Assembly: GCA_050273025.1 (NCBI GenBank)
Contig: CP158636.1
Coordinates: forward strand, 10,416,001 to 10,480,000
Source: Cenococcum geophilum
Lineage: Eukaryota
Direction: 5' to 3'
DNA: 64,000 nt
Under the pieces are notes generated by a model. The model had not been told where the DNA came from and ran no database searches. It saw only the letters and a list, made by a program, of their open reading frames with translations. The translations under genes and the position numbers were made by a program. This document shows, one piece after another, positions 62,401 to 64,000 of this stretch; within the stretch, counting starts at the first letter, position 1; every line of letters starts with the position of its first letter.

Positions 62401-64000
62401 ATGAGTTTGTTATAGTATACCTTAACGACATTATTATCTACTTAATAAGTACGAAAGAATATGGAGAATACGTTAAATAGGTCTTAAAGAGACTATAGGA
62501 AGAATAAATGCTAGTAGTAATTAAGAAATGCGAGTTCTTTACTAGGAAGACCGATTTTATAGGATTTATTATTAAATTAAGTTATATTAATATGGACCTA
62601 AAGAAAATAGAAGCTATAGTTAGTTGGTAAGAACTAAAGAATGTTACGCAATTAAGATCGTTTCTAGGGTTTTACAACTACTATAGGAGGTTTATAGCAT
62701 AGTGGTTAAAGAACACTAAACCCTTTACCAGGCTTACGAAAAAGGAGGAACTATAGATATAGGAAAAGGAGCAATAAGTGCTATTCTAAGAACTTAAGGA
62801 GTTATTTACTTAGGAACTAATCCTTAAAATCTACCAATTAGGGTTAGATATAGTTGTGGAAATAGACGTATTAGACTTCGCACTAGGAGTATATTTGCTA
62901 TAGAGGTATAAAGACGCATAGCATCTAGTGGCATACTATAGTTAAAAGATAACACTACTAGAACTAAACTATAACATTTACAATAAGGAGTTATTAGGTA
63001 TAGTTATAGTACTTAAGGAATAGAGAGCATTCTTATAAGGTACAGAGAAACTATTTATAGTTAAGATAGACTATAAGAACCTAATGGGGTTCCTAATAAT
63101 AAAAGAACTTAACTAAAGATAAGTTAGGTGGGTAGAGATGCTTACAGAATACTATTTCGAGATTTAGTATACTAAGGGTATAGAGAATGCACGAGCAGAC
63201 GCTCTTAGTAGAAAAGCTAAACTATAAAATAATAAGAAACTATTAGGAGCAATATTGCGAAAGGATAAAGATAGATTAATTAGATACAATTATCCTAAAA
63301 TAGCAGTAATAAGAGAAATTAGCTAGACCTATAAATTACTAGAGAGTGATTAGATATAGAAGATCTAAAAGGTATAAAGTAAGGATCTAGATGCAGACTA
63401 GTATAAGAATAGAGAAGTGACTTATGTTCTAAGGTCTATTACAAAAGAATTTGTTAAAGAATTCTATAAGGGAATAATATAAGAACATAATGGAGCTATA
63501 GGCTTAGTGTTAAGACTTTAAGAAGAATATATTATTTAAGGAATCTAGGAACTAGTAAGATAAGTTATAAAGGAATATCTAGATTTTTAGAGGAATAAAC
63601 TAATAAGGTATAAGCTATATAGAGGGCTACAACCTATTAAAACACTAGAGAGACTATAGGAGGTTATATTATAGGACTTTATTATAAAGTTACTAAAGTT
63701 AAGAGACCCTATTACCGGATAATATTACGACGTAATCTTAGTAATAGTAGATAAGTTAACTAAATAGGGCTACTTTGTAGCATACACTGAAGAAATATTA
63801 GCGGAAGATATTGCTAAAATCTATATAAAAGAAGTGTTTATAAGATATAGAGCACTAATAAAGATTATATTAGATAGAGATCTAAGATTCGTAGTAGTAT
63901 TTTAGGAGGTATTCTTAGTAGAACAAGGAGTTCGAGCAGCAACTTCTACTATATATTATCCGCAGACAGATAGTTAGATAGAAAGACTAAATTAAATACT
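53405..64000 (+). mobile_element. Ty3/Gypsy family A, copy 2 (runs off window end in integrase)
   Basis: 5' LTR 53405-53824 similar to reverse complement of the A LTR; gag ATG 53870, CCHC ~54869-54910, protease ALIDSG ~61452-61469, RT YLDD ~62418, RNase H, integrase. Confidence 0.92.
56845..61427 (-). mobile_element. Ngaro-type tyrosine-recombinase retrotransposon, complete (4583 bp), RIP-inactivated
   Basis: Split direct repeats A1(61305-61427)-ORFs-B1(57201-57352)-A2(57078-57200)-spacer-B2(56845-56996). Minus strand: gag-like ORF from 61136, RT KRDLKDAF / FGLRTAPFLF / YLDDF (~59630-59410), YR HSFRRGAA...LGRWKSDAVKLY (~57617-57510). No TSD; removal restores the A2 frame. Confidence 0.93.

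Overview
Filamentous-ascomycete-type genomic DNA, mostly an AT-rich nest of transposable elements heavily degraded by repeat-induced point mutation (RIP; strong TpA excess, most TE reading frames broken by TAA/TAG). Three nests were resolved from terminal repeats and target-site duplications (TSDs). (1) 85-27300: a non-coding LTR element cut by a Tad1-like LINE, which holds Gypsy/chromovirus A (itself holding Gypsy B1 and a younger LINE) and Gypsy D. (2) 27300-39868: a related LTR element whose LTR holds a pogo transposon, which holds a LINE fragment and Gypsy B2, which holds two inverted copies of a small pogo-like derivative. (3) 47477-64000: a pogo fragment with a fold-back duplication around a MITE, then a Ylt1-like Gypsy (C) holding Gypsy A2, which holds a complete Ngaro-type tyrosine-recombinase retrotransposon. 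A GC-balanced island (~41.4-47.2 kb) carries a damaged multi-zinc-finger gene, a hAT relic with a solo LTR and an intact FtsJ-like methyltransferase gene. The most interesting signals are two accessory genes hidden in RIP-mutated retrotransposons: a 2-oxoglutarate/Fe(II) dioxygenase-like ORF after the integrase of element C, and an antisense Zn2Cys6-like/coiled-coil ORF in the 3' region of element A. Protein readings of RIPped DNA are manual back-reconstructions (T>C, A>G), not database matches.
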